From Prorocentrum cordatum (taxonomy: Eukaryota), in assembly GCA_963575745.1 (NCBI GenBank), contig CAUYUJ010000092.1, positions 124,001 through 188,000 on the forward strand: a DNA stretch of 64,000 nucleotides. The letters are read 5' to 3'. The notes under the pieces were generated by a model that had not been told where the DNA came from, did not search any database, and worked only from the letters and a program-made list of their open reading frames with translations. Each line of letters begins with the position of its first letter. Within the stretch, counting starts at the first letter, position 1. The position numbers and the translations under genes were made by a program. This document shows, piece after piece, positions 37,101 through 49,400 of the stretch.

Positions 37101-40100
37101 AGGGGAGGCTCATCGCCGAGGCGTGGGGCGCAGTGCCCCCCATCGACCTCCCGTCGCAGACGGCCAAGGCTTGAGAGGACTTCGCCGCCGCCATCGGCCT
37201 CGCCGACATCATCGGGAACTACACGCTGCTCAGCGACTGCTTGAGCACGGTGAAGGCTGCTTCCAACCTGGCCAAGGCCTGCGGCCCCAGCTCCCTTCAC
37301 GCCCACGTGTGGGCCAGGGTGGGCGATGCAGCGGAGGGCGTCAACATGCGCCACGTGCCCGCCCACCGCGCCGAGGCCGCGGCGCGGGACGGGGAGCTCA
37401 CCCTCTTCGAGCTCGTGGGCAACAGGCGCGCCAACACCAGGGCAAAGGAAGGAGCGGCCTTCCACGCCATAGCGGAGCAGGACGCCCTGATGCTGGAGGG
37501 CTGCCTAGCTCGGGCGAAGGAGGTGGCCAGGTGCGCGGCGGCCCTCGAGGTGCACATCACCGAGTCGGGGCTCAGGGACTCCTGGCCGCTCACCTCCCTT
37601 GACCTCGTGGACCTGGACCCCTTCGCTCCGACGCCCGCCCTGGAGCAGCTGCTGGAGGCCGAGGAGTCGGCTGCCCGTGGCCCTGGCGGATTGGCGGCCT
37701 TGGGGGCGGCAGCAGCGTTGGCGACGGCAGCGGCGGCCAGCCAGGGGGCCCAGGCCCAGGGCCAGGTCGACAAGAAGGTCCGCAAGAGGAAGGAGGCAGG
37801 CGAGGGGCCCGTCGGGCCCAGTGATCCAGCCGCAGACGCGTCGAGCGCGTCGGCGGCCTTGCTTCGCGCGGTCCAGCGCCGCCGCGCAGAGAAGGCGGAG
37901 CGGGCAGCGCCCTCGGCCGCGGGCGCACTGAGCCCGCCCCCGTCGGCTGTGTCGCAGCCCCCCCCCCCCCCCTCCTTCCTCCGTGGCCTCCCCTGCTGCT
38001 GCGGCCGCCGCCCCGCCTCCGCGAGCCCCCATCGGGCCCTGCTGGCCAGGTGAGGACCCCAGGGCCCCATTTTGAGACCCCCGACTCTGGCCAATGTCGG
38101 GGGGCTCAAATTCGATTTTTTCGCGAGCCCGCCCGTCCCAGGATGACCCTGTCGAGTCGGGGGCCTGGGAGGTCAACGGCCACCGTCTTCGGGAATCCCG
38201 CGTTTCAGGCGGTGATGGCCCTGAGTTTTTGGTTTGTGTGGCGTGCTGGATGTATTGCCTGAAACCCCAGTACTGCCACAGAGGCCTAGCCAAGGCCTGC
38301 AGCGGGGCCCAGCGCGCTGACGACCCCAGGGCCAAAAAGGGCTCCAGGGCGCAGGCGCGAAACGATTTCGCGAAGTCGCCTTTGCCTGGGAAATCTAAGC
38401 AGCCGATCGACCAGCTGGCTCGGCCCACAGCGGCCACCCGTACCAGGTGGGCCGAGGCGCTCGGCATGGAGCACCTGAGGGCATGGAGGACCTTGTGGCC
38501 CCTGTAGGCTCCAGAGCCCCCGCCGTGGAGCCCCCAGAGGTGCGGGATCGGGCACCCGCCCCGCCTGCCCCAGGGAGGCTGTTTCGCCCAGGGCTAGAGG
38601 GAGCCCTGGGCTCCTTCGGCTTTGCCAGCGCTGCTGAGGCTCAGGAGCGAGGCAGGGCCGCCAGAGCGGCCAGGATGGCGGACCCCAGGCCTGAAGTCGG
38701 CCAAAGCGCGGAGTGACGGTTGCCGCGCTTCGGGGTCTGGTCCTGGTGGGCTGCGGGCCCGCGCAAGCACTGTTTGCGGGGCCGTAAGACGGCGACTGAA
38801 TTTGTCTGTGCATGATAAGCCCCAGGGTGATAGGATAATTAAACAAAAATGCCTTCACCGTGGTTCCGTCCGGGAGCAGCCCAAACGGCCCATCTTTGCA
38901 GCCCTTGCGTTGGACCCCCCCCCCGACAAGCCAGGGCTTTCCGCGAGGCCGTTCGGGCCCGAGCTGGCCTTTAGGGACAGTTTTTTCCTCCTCCTCCTCC
39001 TCCTCCTCCTCCTCCTCCTCATCATCATCATCATCAGCATCATCATCATCATCCTCATCCTCCTAGTCCTTCTCCTCCTCCTCCTACTCCTCCTCCTCCT
39101 CCTCCTCCTCCTCTGCGCTCTGCCTCATCTCTCCTCGACCTCCTCCTTATCGTCCCTCCTTCGCATCTTGCTTCGCCTCATCATCTCCATCAGCCTGTGC
39201 CTCCCCATTATCCTTCCATACTTCCCCCTCCTATTCCTCCCCTCCATCCCTCGCCCAAGCCCAAGCCCAGTGCGAGGGCAGGACAGGGATGGGGAGGACA
39301 GGGATGGACGCCCAAGCACAGTGCTGGAAAGACAAAGCATCAACTATCCAACAACAAAGTTGGAGACTAACCCGGCGATGGGGCACGGGGTGGGGCGAGC
39401 GAGCACGCTTAAATCACCCGTTTAAAAAACCACGCCGATCGGATCCACCCGTGCCCCGCATGTGTTAAAAAGGCTCGGACTCCCAGCTGTCAGATGGAAG
39501 GCGTGTGGGCAGTAAGGGTGGAGCGTGTGCACAAACGGCGTGGGCGTGGCGCTTCATGTCGGAGGCCGAGTTGGTTCCCTTAAGCGATTTGATGATAAGG
39601 AGCGGAGGGAGGAGCGGAATGGGAGGAGGCAAAGGCGTGGATCTGACATGTACCTCCGCTGTCGTGCACGCAGGAGGTACCACGTGGGATTATAGTGTGT
39701 ACCATGTGGACACGAGCTGCCTTAGGCCCTGGCCCTATACCACGAAGGCACTTGTTTGGCAGCATACCTGGGACAGAGTCCAAGTCCATCAAGCTGGGCT
39801 GCATGTGCAGCCTCGGATGTAAGAGGCTGGAGCCTAGCGGCTAAGACTTCCAGACGCATAGTACTTCGGTGCCGGAGGTGTTTGAGCAGTCTTGGCCTGG
39901 TGTAGAAGTTGGTTATGCAAGCCTGACACGTTCCTGCTACACCAACAGCCTGGACCATGTCGAAGGCGGCATGCTGCTTCGTTCGGTACACGCTCCAAGC
40001 AATGGCACGTGACAAAACGGCGTCGCAATCATGGCAAACGAATTGCACACCGCCGGCACTTTGAGCAGTCGAACAGAACAGGGTCTAGGCAGTGACGCTG

Positions 40101-43040
40101 TTTGGCCAGTATCATTGAACTCCTTGCGCCACAACCACAGACGGCGCATGTCCGCGGACGCGCGAAGCACGGCATGCTCCGCTTCCCTCGCAGCGTGCAT
40201 CCACCACGCAGGGAGGCCAAGCGGAGAATCGCAGATGGGAAGGATTCGCAGAGCCACCGCCACGGCCGAGGCTACCCGACGCGCGGCCGCCTCTGTTGCT
40301 GCTCAGCCAGAGTCAGGCGTCCACTCGCTGCGCGCCACCATGCCCGCATTTGACCTCTCGGTCGAGGACTTGAGGACGATGCCCCAGGCAATCGGCGCGG
40401 ACCAGTCCTCGGCAACGTCGACCCCATCGAACGTCGGCAAGCGCCGAGAATTTGAAGCGGTTGCTGCGGCAGCGACGGCGGCCAAAGGCGCTGGCAGCAA
40501 AGAGAATACTGGGACGGAGCCTGTAAGCGGCGGCGGCGGCGCCACCTCCTCAGCCTCCCAGGCCCAACCCGAACCAGTGCCAGATGACGACGGCGACCTC
40601 GCCGACTTTCAAGATTTTCACAAGGCCACGCCTGGATCTGAACCTCCTGCCGCCGACGCCGAGCTGCGCCAGGCCATCGAACAGTTCGAGGGGGGGGGCA
40701 GCGACTCCAAGAAGGCTCGGGCGCCTGCGCGGCATGTCGATGGGCGTTGCGCTGGTGGGGCACGTCGGCCCAGGTCTCGCGGCGCCGCGGCGTCACGCGG
40801 GCTGTCTCCCCAGCAATGCCCCAGCCAACGAGCCGCCCGAGGGCGGGCGCGCGGCTGGAGACGGGGCAGAGTTCATCGCAAGCGTCGCGGCCCTGCTGGA
40901 GATCCCAGGCGGGCAAACCGCGAACAGCCAGTCCACTGCGACAGCGTCGGCATCAACGGGGGTTGGTAACGGAGCGGCGGCACGCACTCGCGCCCGCAAA
41001 GCTGTTTCGAGAGGGAGCGGTGCATCCAGCGAGCGCGCTCGATTTGAACAGCCCGACCGCGCGTCGCCATGGTCGCGCGAATCCGAGAGCGTCCCTCGCT
41101 CCTCGTCTGCGGTGCCTGTGGCCACGGAGGTTGGTGAGCGGGCCCCGGGGCCCGTTCAAGTCGGTGCCGAGCCACCGCCGACTGAGGTTCTCACTGTGCG
41201 GTTCTACAGAGTGTGTGTGTGTGTGTGAGAGGGAGTGTGTGGTGTGTGGTGTGTGGTGTGTGGTGTGTGGTGTGCGGTGTGTGGTGTGTGGTGTGTGGTG
41301 TGTGTGTGTGGTGTGTGGTGTGTGTGTGTGTGGCAATCGAGCGTTTTCCTGGGCGACGTGCTCGGCCCACGCCATCCTTCCAAGCGGGACGTTGCGCGGG
41401 TTCGAACGCCAACGTAAAGGTCGGTCGGCCGACCCTTCAGCTCGCAGCTCTCAGGCCACCAAGCTCGAGTACGCTGCGCCGGGAAGGCACCCGAGGACGT
41501 AGGCGGCTCTCGACCCTGTCTGATATCATGTACTGCAGAGGGGTGGTCTGTCGGGTGGCGGTGCCCTACTCACTGGTAGGGACCGCCGCAGCAGCACCCC
41601 CCCCTTTCTTTCTTTCTTCTGTCCCCGCAGGTTCCATGTCCTGAGGGCCTCGGCAATGCCCAGTATGATGGCGTGAGCTTCCGTCGGATCGGTCGCGCAA
41701 CGTCTGCGCGCGTCCTCCTCCTCCTCCTCCTCCTCCTCCTCCTCCTCCTCCTCCTCCTCCTCCTCCTCCTCCTCCTCCTCCCCCCATTGTTCTTGATGCA
41801 TTGTCTGGGATAACTCGTATCGCTCAGTTTTTCGCTCCAGGTCCCCGCGCTGCTGTGTGACTGTCGCGCGAATCAGTATGGACGGTGGCGCCTCTCCGTT
41901 CGCCTCCCTGTCCCATCTCCCAATTTTGCGCCGAAAATAAACGTAAATTTGGTCAAGCTGGTCGTACGCCTGCCTCGCCCTGACCATGCCATTACTCGCC
42001 AAACAAAGCAACATACGCAGACTTGCCAGGAAAGTGATCTGCAGTGAGCCCATGTTTGGTGGCTTTCTCGTGCATGCTAAGCGCAATCTTTCTGACAGCA
42101 TTCTGCGACTGGTCAAGGCTGGTCGATTACCCCATGGTGATGGAGGAGGGCATCGACAAAAGCGGGCCCGTGGACGGTGGCTGGCAGCCCCTCGAGACCT
42201 TGCTCACCACTGAAGAGGAGGGAACAAGCGGGTCGGGGGTAATTTTGCGCGCGAGGTCTTCGGTACACGGTGCACAGGGGCAAATCGCTGAGCGGCACCT
42301 CAGCGCTGGTGCCAGACTGAGCAAGAGCTAACAGACCAGCTTCTTGAACATAGAACCATGTCCGTTGGAGACCCTCCTGCACGAGGGTCACGAGGTGGGG
42401 GCTAGCCGCACCTTCGAGAGGGGTTTGCAGAGAACAGAGGTGCACGAAAGCGGGAACAAGAGAAAGGGGGACGCTGAGGTGGTCGAGAATATCATCGGAT
42501 GAAAGATGGCACGCCGAGGCGAACAATCCCGGAAGAACTCTGCAAACAGTCTCCTTGAGGTCCATGAACACAATGATAGCAGTGCGGTTGCACGTCTGTT
42601 GATTCTGAAGATACGTGTTCACAATGCCCCCAGTATCCGTGTCTCTCTTGGGAAGGGCTACCATTTGAAGTCCTCTGACGAGGCATTGCGTGAAACTAGC
42701 CATGGCAGACCACAAGAACCGGGGACGCTCCTCCTGCTCCTCTGGGCACGCTCCTCCTCCTCCTCCTCCTCCTCCTCCTCCTCCTCCTCCTGCTCCATGC
42801 GCTACTCAGCACCCGCTGCTGCAGCAGCGGCAGCAGGTCGTGTTCAGCGACCTCCACTACGACGAGCCGCTGGTGCTCACCTGGGTGTGCAACGGGTGCT
42901 ACGTCCTGCAGCTGCCCCTCTTCCTCGCTGGCAGGGCCCTGGGCCTCGTGAAGAGCATCCCCTGGCGGCGGCGGCAGCACCACGGGCCCGAGGGCGGAGA
43001 GGACGCACCAGCGAAGAGTGCCGGGCGGAGGCGCAGCTCG
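30111..43040 (+). CDS. 5' part of an SLC35F/THI74-like drug/metabolite (EamA-type) transporter; exons 30111-30125 (tentative), 31976-32050, 42837-~43030; downstream exons not found in the window
   Basis: Spliced MARRT|VLWLTGVACICLVAVIWTLATVLKQ|VVFSDLHYDEPLVLTWVCNGCYVLQLPL resembles the SLC35F N-terminus (TM1-W...Q.IF...Y..P..LTY); GT-AG intron 32051-42836 with junction repeat AGCAGGTCG. Confidence 0.7.
30980..31860. repeat. (CAT/CAG)n and (CCT)n microsatellites
   Basis: Direct reading. Confidence 0.85.
32195..33238 (+). CDS. LINE ORF1 (coiled-coil protein); first ATG 32321
   Basis: 347-aa GC3-rich ORF with heptad-rich segments, ending AAGKRTRHL*, upstream of the APE domain. Confidence 0.8.
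   Translation: MPDSPRNCVRWRRWLRNVSRRPQALQGSLSNEGDGDAHGHSSMGVPAAANGPAPSTSRPRGAWAQGPPGQGQLLEQLQQLQKQVAELKGEALPPTEPWKGRKPPPRKAAEASAGISFKDVRTFLAKEGLDTSAVEEAEKAAESKTLESKQPTAQTQRWRVKAMRDKIKKLESRGAAILEQQAALDMELQELRVLLGDENQKLSEGEAKLVKLQASEFPDPILAVAAGLDEDVAASQEAKDALAVLARLQTAASDSKKAAAAARAAAAPPGPAAGEADAGGEHKPVPESDDIDMELLGGEGWEAKREEYAAASAALREATPEQRDEAKRKLRDALDALWAAGKRTRHL
33234..38507 (+). CDS. LINE ORF2: APE endonuclease, reverse transcriptase, RNase H, C-terminal Cys cluster (apparent frameshifts near poly-C runs ~34895 and ~37965; one stop 37172-37174)
   Basis: APE: FLSING, YLIQETR, SGVAVL, VSLYL, VGADWN, TYDFFV, RPHAPV; RT: KPDGGRRPIG, FDISKFYE, VIAGCS, NVIDDI; RNase H: VFTDGSC, AGWAVI, LSDC, HVPAH, GNRRAN; terminal CVACW..C. 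Confidence 0.88.
39470..42720 (-). mobile_element. Degenerate 5'-truncated antisense LINE of a different lineage (RT + C-terminal C2H2-like fingers), interrupted by other sequence
   Basis: 42113-42715(-): IVFMDLK..., TWFYV...SGT..VPLSDL, GPAFVDA (RT motifs); 39722-40048(-): FVCHDC...H and TCQAC...RPRLLKHL. Confidence 0.7.
41209..41332. repeat. (GT)n/(GTGTGGT)n microsatellite
   Basis: Direct reading. Confidence 0.9.
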
Positions 43041-43149
43041 TGAGAGGGGGGCAGGGCGAGGACGAGGACGAGGACGAGGTGGCAGAGAGGAGGCGGAGGA
43101 GAAGAGAAGAGGGGGAGAGAGTTGGGGGGGGAGGGCGGGGAGGAGAGGG

Positions 43150-43880
43150 GGGGGCAAGCTAAGTGCGCTCGCGCCACATCTGACATCCGATCCCTCCCTT
43201 CCATCCCTTCTCGTTGCGCTGTTTTTTTTCTTTATCCTCGGACGCGTATAAGAGCCTCATCTGTGGGGCAGGTGGGGATTGTGGGACTTATTCGATGGGT
43301 GGGACCTGTTAAACATGTGGGACTTCTGTGGCCTGTGGGGCAGGTGGGAATTGTGGACCTGTGGAACCTGTGGGACCTGCTGGATTTGCGGGGCCTGTTC
43401 GACCTGGGGGACCTCCATGGCCTGTGGGGCCTGTGAGACTTGCGACACCTGTGGGACCTGTAGCACCTGCGAGACCTGCGAGATCTGTGGGACCTTTGAC
43501 ACTGGTGGGACTTGCGGGACCTGGGGGACCTGGGGGACCTCGGGGACAATTGAGAGACATCTGTGGGACCTGTGAGACTACCCTTGTGTGACCTGCGGAA
43601 CCTGTCGGACTTGTGGGACCTTCGAGACCTGCCACACCTGGGTCCGGAAAAGTGGTCCACGCTGGGGCGAGAGCGCTATTCTGAACGACGGGGGCAAAAT
43701 GAGGCTAACGCTCCAGCGAGAGCACACTTTCGAACACCGGAAAACAACTGGAGTGCAAAAGCACAGGACATATAGCACGTTTTGAAGTCCGACGTATGAA
43801 AGAACAGGACGCGGAGAGGGCCCAATACTTCCCGACAGAGTCAGGGGAGAGAGGAGAGTAGTACTCAGATTGTGTCATTG
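43150..43880 (-). repeat. Copy of the 22590-23566 element with a 9-bp (GTGGGACCT) minisatellite filler
   Basis: Both conserved ends present in reverse orientation; gtgggacct-like units at 43260-43640. Confidence 0.75.
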
Positions 43881-44087
43881 ACGAGGGAACGCGGGGGAGG
43901 GGGAGAGGAAGGCAGGGGCGAGGGGGTAACGGAAGGGGGAGGGGCAGGGGAAGTGGGAAGAGGATGATGAGCAGGAAGAAGAAGAAGATGAGTAAAAGGA
44001 GGGTCGGAGGAGAAGGAGGAGGAGGCGAAGGAGGAGAAGAACGAAGAGGGGCGGGGGCAGAAGCGAAGACGGGCGAGGAGGAGAGGC

Positions 44088-44286
44088 TTGGGCGATCGCA
44101 AACATGGATTAAATGGGCGTGGATTAGCGACGGGTCCCGTTTCCATGGGAAATCGCGGATTTCAGCCGCCGAACGAGGCGGCACTGGCCGCATTTTGGGA
44201 CTTCGCATCCATGGATTAGTGATCCATGGATTTGGCGTCCGCGCGCCTAATCCATGGATCGCTAATCCATGTTTGCGTGCCCCCGA
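44088..44286. mobile_element. MITE family copy (second copy 59911-60103)
   Basis: gcgatcgcaaacatggatta...taatccatgtttgcgtgcccccga; internal sequence homologous to 59911-60103. Confidence 0.8.
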
Positions 44287-44809
44287 CAAATGTCCTCCTC
44301 CACTTCCGCTCCTGTGGTAGTTGCCACCGGAGCGGTCTCCTGCAGCTTCCCCCTCGGAGTCCTGCAGGACACCCCCCACGCCTTTATTTCAGGCAGTCGA
44401 GTGAGACCGAGAGCATTAAGGCCGGGAGCTGTTAGTCAGCGTGTCGCGGCGCCTCTTCTGGCCCACCACGTGTCGGCGCGACACGCTGACCATGTCCTGG
44501 TCCCTCAACGTCAGTGCGCCGAGTTTTTCTAGCATCCCGTCCCACGATTCAGAGCGACACGATGTCCGCTTGCAGGACAGCGTGTCGCTGGGGCTGCCGC
44601 CGCGACACGCAGCAGTTCCCGACCGTATCTTGCGCGGCCCCGTGCGCTAGGGGCGTCGAAGTCCCCGGCCGCGAGATTTAAGAGAGGGCCCGGAGCTTGG
44701 GAGCAAGTGAGGGCCCCGAGCGACCCGAGGAGTCGGCGAGGGAAGGAGAGAGGAGAGAGATGGAGGGCACAGCGCGCAAGCGGTCCCCAGAGCCTCGGAG
44801 AAGGTAGAG

Positions 44810-44967
44810 TTAAGTCGGGCCTGTCCCTCTACAGGGGGCATATTCAAAAATAGTTTAAAAAATGTCAGGGAACGACTTCTTGACGATTTGTGTGCATTCT
44901 TGCAGCATGTTTTGACAATTATTTGTTTCTTTCAAAATCCGCCTGTAGGGGGACAGGCCCGACTTAA
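44810..44967. mobile_element. TTAAGTCGGG...CCCGACTTAA MITE, third copy
   Basis: ttaagtcgggcctgtccctctacagg / cctgtagggggacaggcccgacttaa. Confidence 0.85.
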
Positions 44968-45224
44968 GGCCTGAGGGGACTTTACGGGGGGGGATCCAGA
45001 GTAGGAAAAGGTACCCATACCTATACCTTTCCCTTGTTTTCCCCTTTTCTGGGCCTCCTGAGAGGCCCTCGTCGCCACCGCTAGATTCGCCTCGAAATCC
45101 TGGTCAGAACTCGCCCCGGGAGAGGTCCGGGGAGTATCGGTATCGGTACCTTTTGGTTTCCCCAGGGATTTGGGACGGCAGGGGGCGTTGCATCATTGAG
45201 GCATCTTGGGCTTGCTCTGGTCCT

Positions 45225-45492
<268 letters not shown>

Positions 45493-46402
45493 CTTCTTGT
45501 CGTAGCTGTTGCGGGCCCAAGCGGTAGCGCTGCTCACGAAGCTTAGTTTTGTGATGTATTCCCGCATCAAGGAGGCGGTGTGGGGACACCGCTGTATTGG
45601 TTACGCTTGCCTTTTTACCAGTTGTAGAGGCGATGCAGAAGTAGCAATGATCAGGCTTGGGACGCCTTCATCCAAACAAATGACGTTTGGCGTGCCCCCA
45701 CCCCCCTTATCCAGACGCGATTCCCAGACGAATTGACGTGGGAAGCATAGCGGAAAAAAGAGCGGGAGCATCCGCGAAACCAAGGCTCGGGTCAGCCCGA
45801 GCAGTCCCCAACAACGACCAACTTGGATGTATTTGGAAGCCTCCTGGAGCCATATTGGGGGTCTCGTGGGGCCGTATTGGGGTTCTCGTCGGGCTGTCTT
45901 GGGGGCCGTTGGGGCCCTCTCCGGACCATCTTGAGAGCCACTGGTCAGAGAAAAGGGCCCGTTGACTCCCCCACCCCACCACTTGTTGGGAACCGGAAGA
46001 GTCGTCTCTGCCATGTTTCTTAGGGCACTTTGGGGTAATCCTGGAAGCCTATGGTGCCCTCTTATAGTTCCTCTGGGCCTTCTCGAGGCCATCTTAGGGC
46101 AATACCGAAGCCTGAAAACCCATCGGAGGTAGAACGTCGAGACGGCACACAGCACCGCAGTATTTGACTACGTTGGGCCTCCGGACTTACCCCGGCGGAG
46201 CAAACGGACCGAGGCCGCGGAGCAACTGAAACCAAGCGGCGGAGCAACTGAAACCAAGCGGAGGAGCGGCGGAGCAACTGAACCCAAGCGGCGAAGGGCG
46301 AGGAGGAGGGGGAGGAGGCGGAGGAGTGGAAGGGAGAGGAGGAGGAGGAGGAGGAGGAGGAGGAGGAGGAGAAGGAGGAGGAGGATCAAGTGGAGGAGGA
46401 GG

Positions 46403-46424
46403 ACCGTAGCCATTTTGGCTCAAG
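46403..46424 (+). other. Genomic copy of the dinoflagellate spliced leader (DinoSL) at a LINE 5' end
   Basis: ACCGTAGCCATTTTGGCTCAAG, a 22/22 match to DCCGTAGCCATTTTGGCTCAAG; not followed by GT, so not an SL RNA gene. Confidence 0.95.
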
Positions 46425-49400
46425 ACGGAGCTTACCTCCCGTCCCGACTCCAGAGGCTCGAGGTCGAGGTGGAAGGGCAGCCCCTTCCTCAGGCCTGTCT
46501 GCCTCGGCCAGCTTTCGGCAACTTGCTCGTTTGAGCACAGCTTTCGGCTCCCGCGGGGGGCGCAGTGATGTACTTGCGTCGTGCAGGTGGTGGTCAGTTC
46601 AATGCTGGACTCGGGCCCATCTGTCCAACGTGCGGGTGCAAGAAGAATCCTGGCCACTTCAAGTTTTGCTACCATTGCCGCAGCCCGCTTCCTTTTCTTC
46701 GTGGGGGTGGGCCTCCTCGTGGCGATGGTGCAGCTTGGGGACCCCAGGGACCAGTCAAAGGTGGTGGTAAGGGTCGTGATGGTCACAAAGGAGTTGGTAA
46801 CACCAATCGGAATGGAGGAACCAGCCCCCTCGACGACCTACATCGGCTCAATCAGTTAGCAGAAGGCAAGCTCAAATACACTCTCTCCCCAGCAGTTCGT
46901 GACGCTATTTCGGCGGCATGGACCACGGCCCAGAGTGAGAAGCAGGCCTCTGCCCCGATCAGTCAAAGGATGGCTAAAGTGGAGCAGGACATCAAGCGCC
47001 GTGGGAAGATGACCGCCAACATGTCCGAGGCCCACGGGAAGCTGTCCACCCAGATTTCAGATTTGGAGGATAAGCGTGCACAGTTGGCAGCAGACTTGGC
47101 ACAGGAGAAGATGGACTTGGTTGAGGCTCTGAAGATCGTGGCTATGCGAGTCCCGTCGATGCCCAAGGTCGATGAGTTCGCGCAGCAGCTGGAGGCCTTC
47201 AAAGCGCACCTGGCGGGGCTGGGCGAGCAGAATGACCCAGCGGCATTGCGGGCGTCAATGGAGACTGCTTACAAGGACTTGGAGGCCAAGTTCGGTGAGG
47301 TTTTTCGCAATCCACACTACCCAGGCCCACGTGACCCTGAAGCTGAACACAGCTGGCGTGGCGCTGATGAAGGAGGTGTTCTGCCAGCTGAGGACGAGGT
47401 CATGCATGTTGATGTGTCCGAGTTGGGAGAGGTTGTTGGCTCCGTCACTGGCCACTCCGACGAGCACAAGCGCGAGTTCCTCGACGCTTTTCGCTCCCAG
47501 GCAAAGAAGGCACAGCATCGCTCTCCAGGACCGCGCCCAGTGGCTACTTCATTGGATCCGTCGCTACATCCAGGAGGTTCAGCCTGGGACTCTATGCGAT
47601 AGCCGCCCCTCGGCCCTGTCCTCGTCGGGCAGTGGCCGCGAAGAGGGTGGCGGCGCTACATCGGCATCATCAAGTTCTGGGGCTGCGAGTTCGTCGGCAG
47701 CTTCATCTGTGGCGGTGACAGGACCATCACAGACGTTGGCCTGTGGAGTTACAAGTACTTCAACAGGCACTTCAACCATGTCGTCTGCGGCTCGAGCTTC
47801 GACCCTCGCCCGAGCGTCGGAGGCTGCGCCGGGCCCTTTTCTCTTGGGGGAAAAAAAGCGAAGTCGGCATTCAAAGTTGTCGCCACCTTTAACGGCACCA
47901 GCATGCAGTCAGCTGCTCGTGAGGAGGGTGGGGGGCAGGCTTCTCGGAAAAAGCGCGGCGTTGGCTTTCGGGGCCTCCTCAAGGCCACGGAGGCCCCTGT
48001 TTGTTTCTTTCAGGAGCATAAATCGCGGGGTCCCTTACTGCTGCGGGCTGTTGCTTCGATTCAGCGCGAAGGCTGGCGAGTTTTCACATCGGATTGCATC
48101 TCCATTGACTCGGGGAACCCCTCAGGGGGCACCATGGTTGTCACTCGTAGGCACTTGGGCTGTTGGAATACCCCTGGGGCCTCCAGCTGTATATTTCCTG
48201 GGAGAGTGTCTCGGTGTTTCTTACGCAGTGGGAGTTTTGGGTTTATTTCTCGCTACTCCGTCTACTTAAAGGACTCCATCGGGCTCGTAGGTGTGAACCT
48301 CAAGGCCCTTATGGCTATCGTCTCGGACATCGTGGGCCACGGCTTGCCCTACATCATAGGTGGGGACTTCAATGTGAAGCCAGGTGCCCTTGCAGCGTGG
48401 GAGCCTCTTACCAAGTTACAGGGTGTGGTTCGTGCCGCATCCACCCCGCGGTCGTCTCGGATGATAAGGCAACTATGATCGACCTCTTCATCCATAGTCG
48501 GATTCTTGACCGAGTTGGCGGCGATGTCAGCGTTGACTTGCACGGGGCGTTCAGCCCACATCGGCCAGTGTACCTTGGTCTGAAGCATGTCGGGGGAGAT
48601 GCTATGGTTTCGGTTCCCAAACCCTACCAAGTCGCCCCTCCTGAACCCAGCATCGGCCCTCGTAGGACCCCTCCTGAGCATCGCGATCTCCAGGGGCCCT
48701 TGCCGGCTTTCTTGGGCCAACATGACGATGGGGATGGTTCTTCGTTTGTGCTTTCTGGGACTGCTCGTCAGGCTGGCATTCGGCCGCTCAACCAAACGTA
48801 TGAGGCTTGGAGGGGGCGCGCCTGGAAGGAAGTTTTGGAGGCTACTCAGACGGTTCATCCTCGCGGTCTCCCTGCAGCGACTCCTCTAGAGTTCCAGGCT
48901 GTCAGCGTCAGATGCTCGTTGCGCGTGTGCATCGTCGTGCTTCCCCTGGTCGCGCCATTTTGCGGGTCCAGAACCGGCTTCGGGAACTGCGCCACTTATT
49001 CGCTAAACCACGTGATCGGATTGAGTACAGAGGGCCCCTGCTCAGGCAATGGGTCGACCTCCCTCGGCGCGGCGGGGTCTTCAGGAGGCACTGGCGGCAG
49101 GGCGCAGTGTTCTAGCATCCTTTTCTTGCGAGCGTCGCTAGCAGACTCCTGGATTTAAAGATTGGTGTTGGCCCTATTGTCTTGATTGATGAAGTTTCTA
49201 ATATTGTTCAGCTTTGGGAGCGTTATGGGCAACTTCAGGAGCGGAAGCTTTCGAGGGATTCTTGGGCTAAGTGGTGCGCGGACCCTGTCAGCAACCATTG
49301 CAAGCAGGCTTATTCATTTTTGCGATCAGGAGCTTCACTCTTAGAGGAAGTTGTGGACTTCGACGGCTCGTTTCCCCGTGCTCTTCCTCAGCGGCTTGCT

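Larger units (their letters stand above)
32160..38986 (+). mobile_element. Near-intact non-LTR retrotransposon (ORF1 + APE-RT-RNase H-Zn finger ORF2) inside the 10.8-kb transporter intron
   Basis: See the ORF1 and ORF2 features; 3' end ttttt followed by (CCT)n; 5' boundary approximate. Confidence 0.93.

Noticed and set aside
39465..39830. Possible retrotransposon-borne cytosine methyltransferase, as known from some Symbiodiniaceae elements
   Set aside because: No DNMT motifs (FxGxG, PC, ENV) seen here or after the other LINE ORF2s
43309..43635. Collagen-like Gly-X-Y ORF on the minus strand
   Set aside because: Translation artefact of a 9-bp minisatellite inside a dispersed repeat
46195..46292. 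Three gcggagcaactgaaaccaagcg repeats resembling a CRISPR array
   Set aside because: Tandem units without unique spacers, no cas genes, eukaryotic context
46403..46500. SL RNA gene
   Set aside because: The SL is followed by ACGG rather than the GT donor and intron of an SL RNA, and it leads into a LINE ORF1
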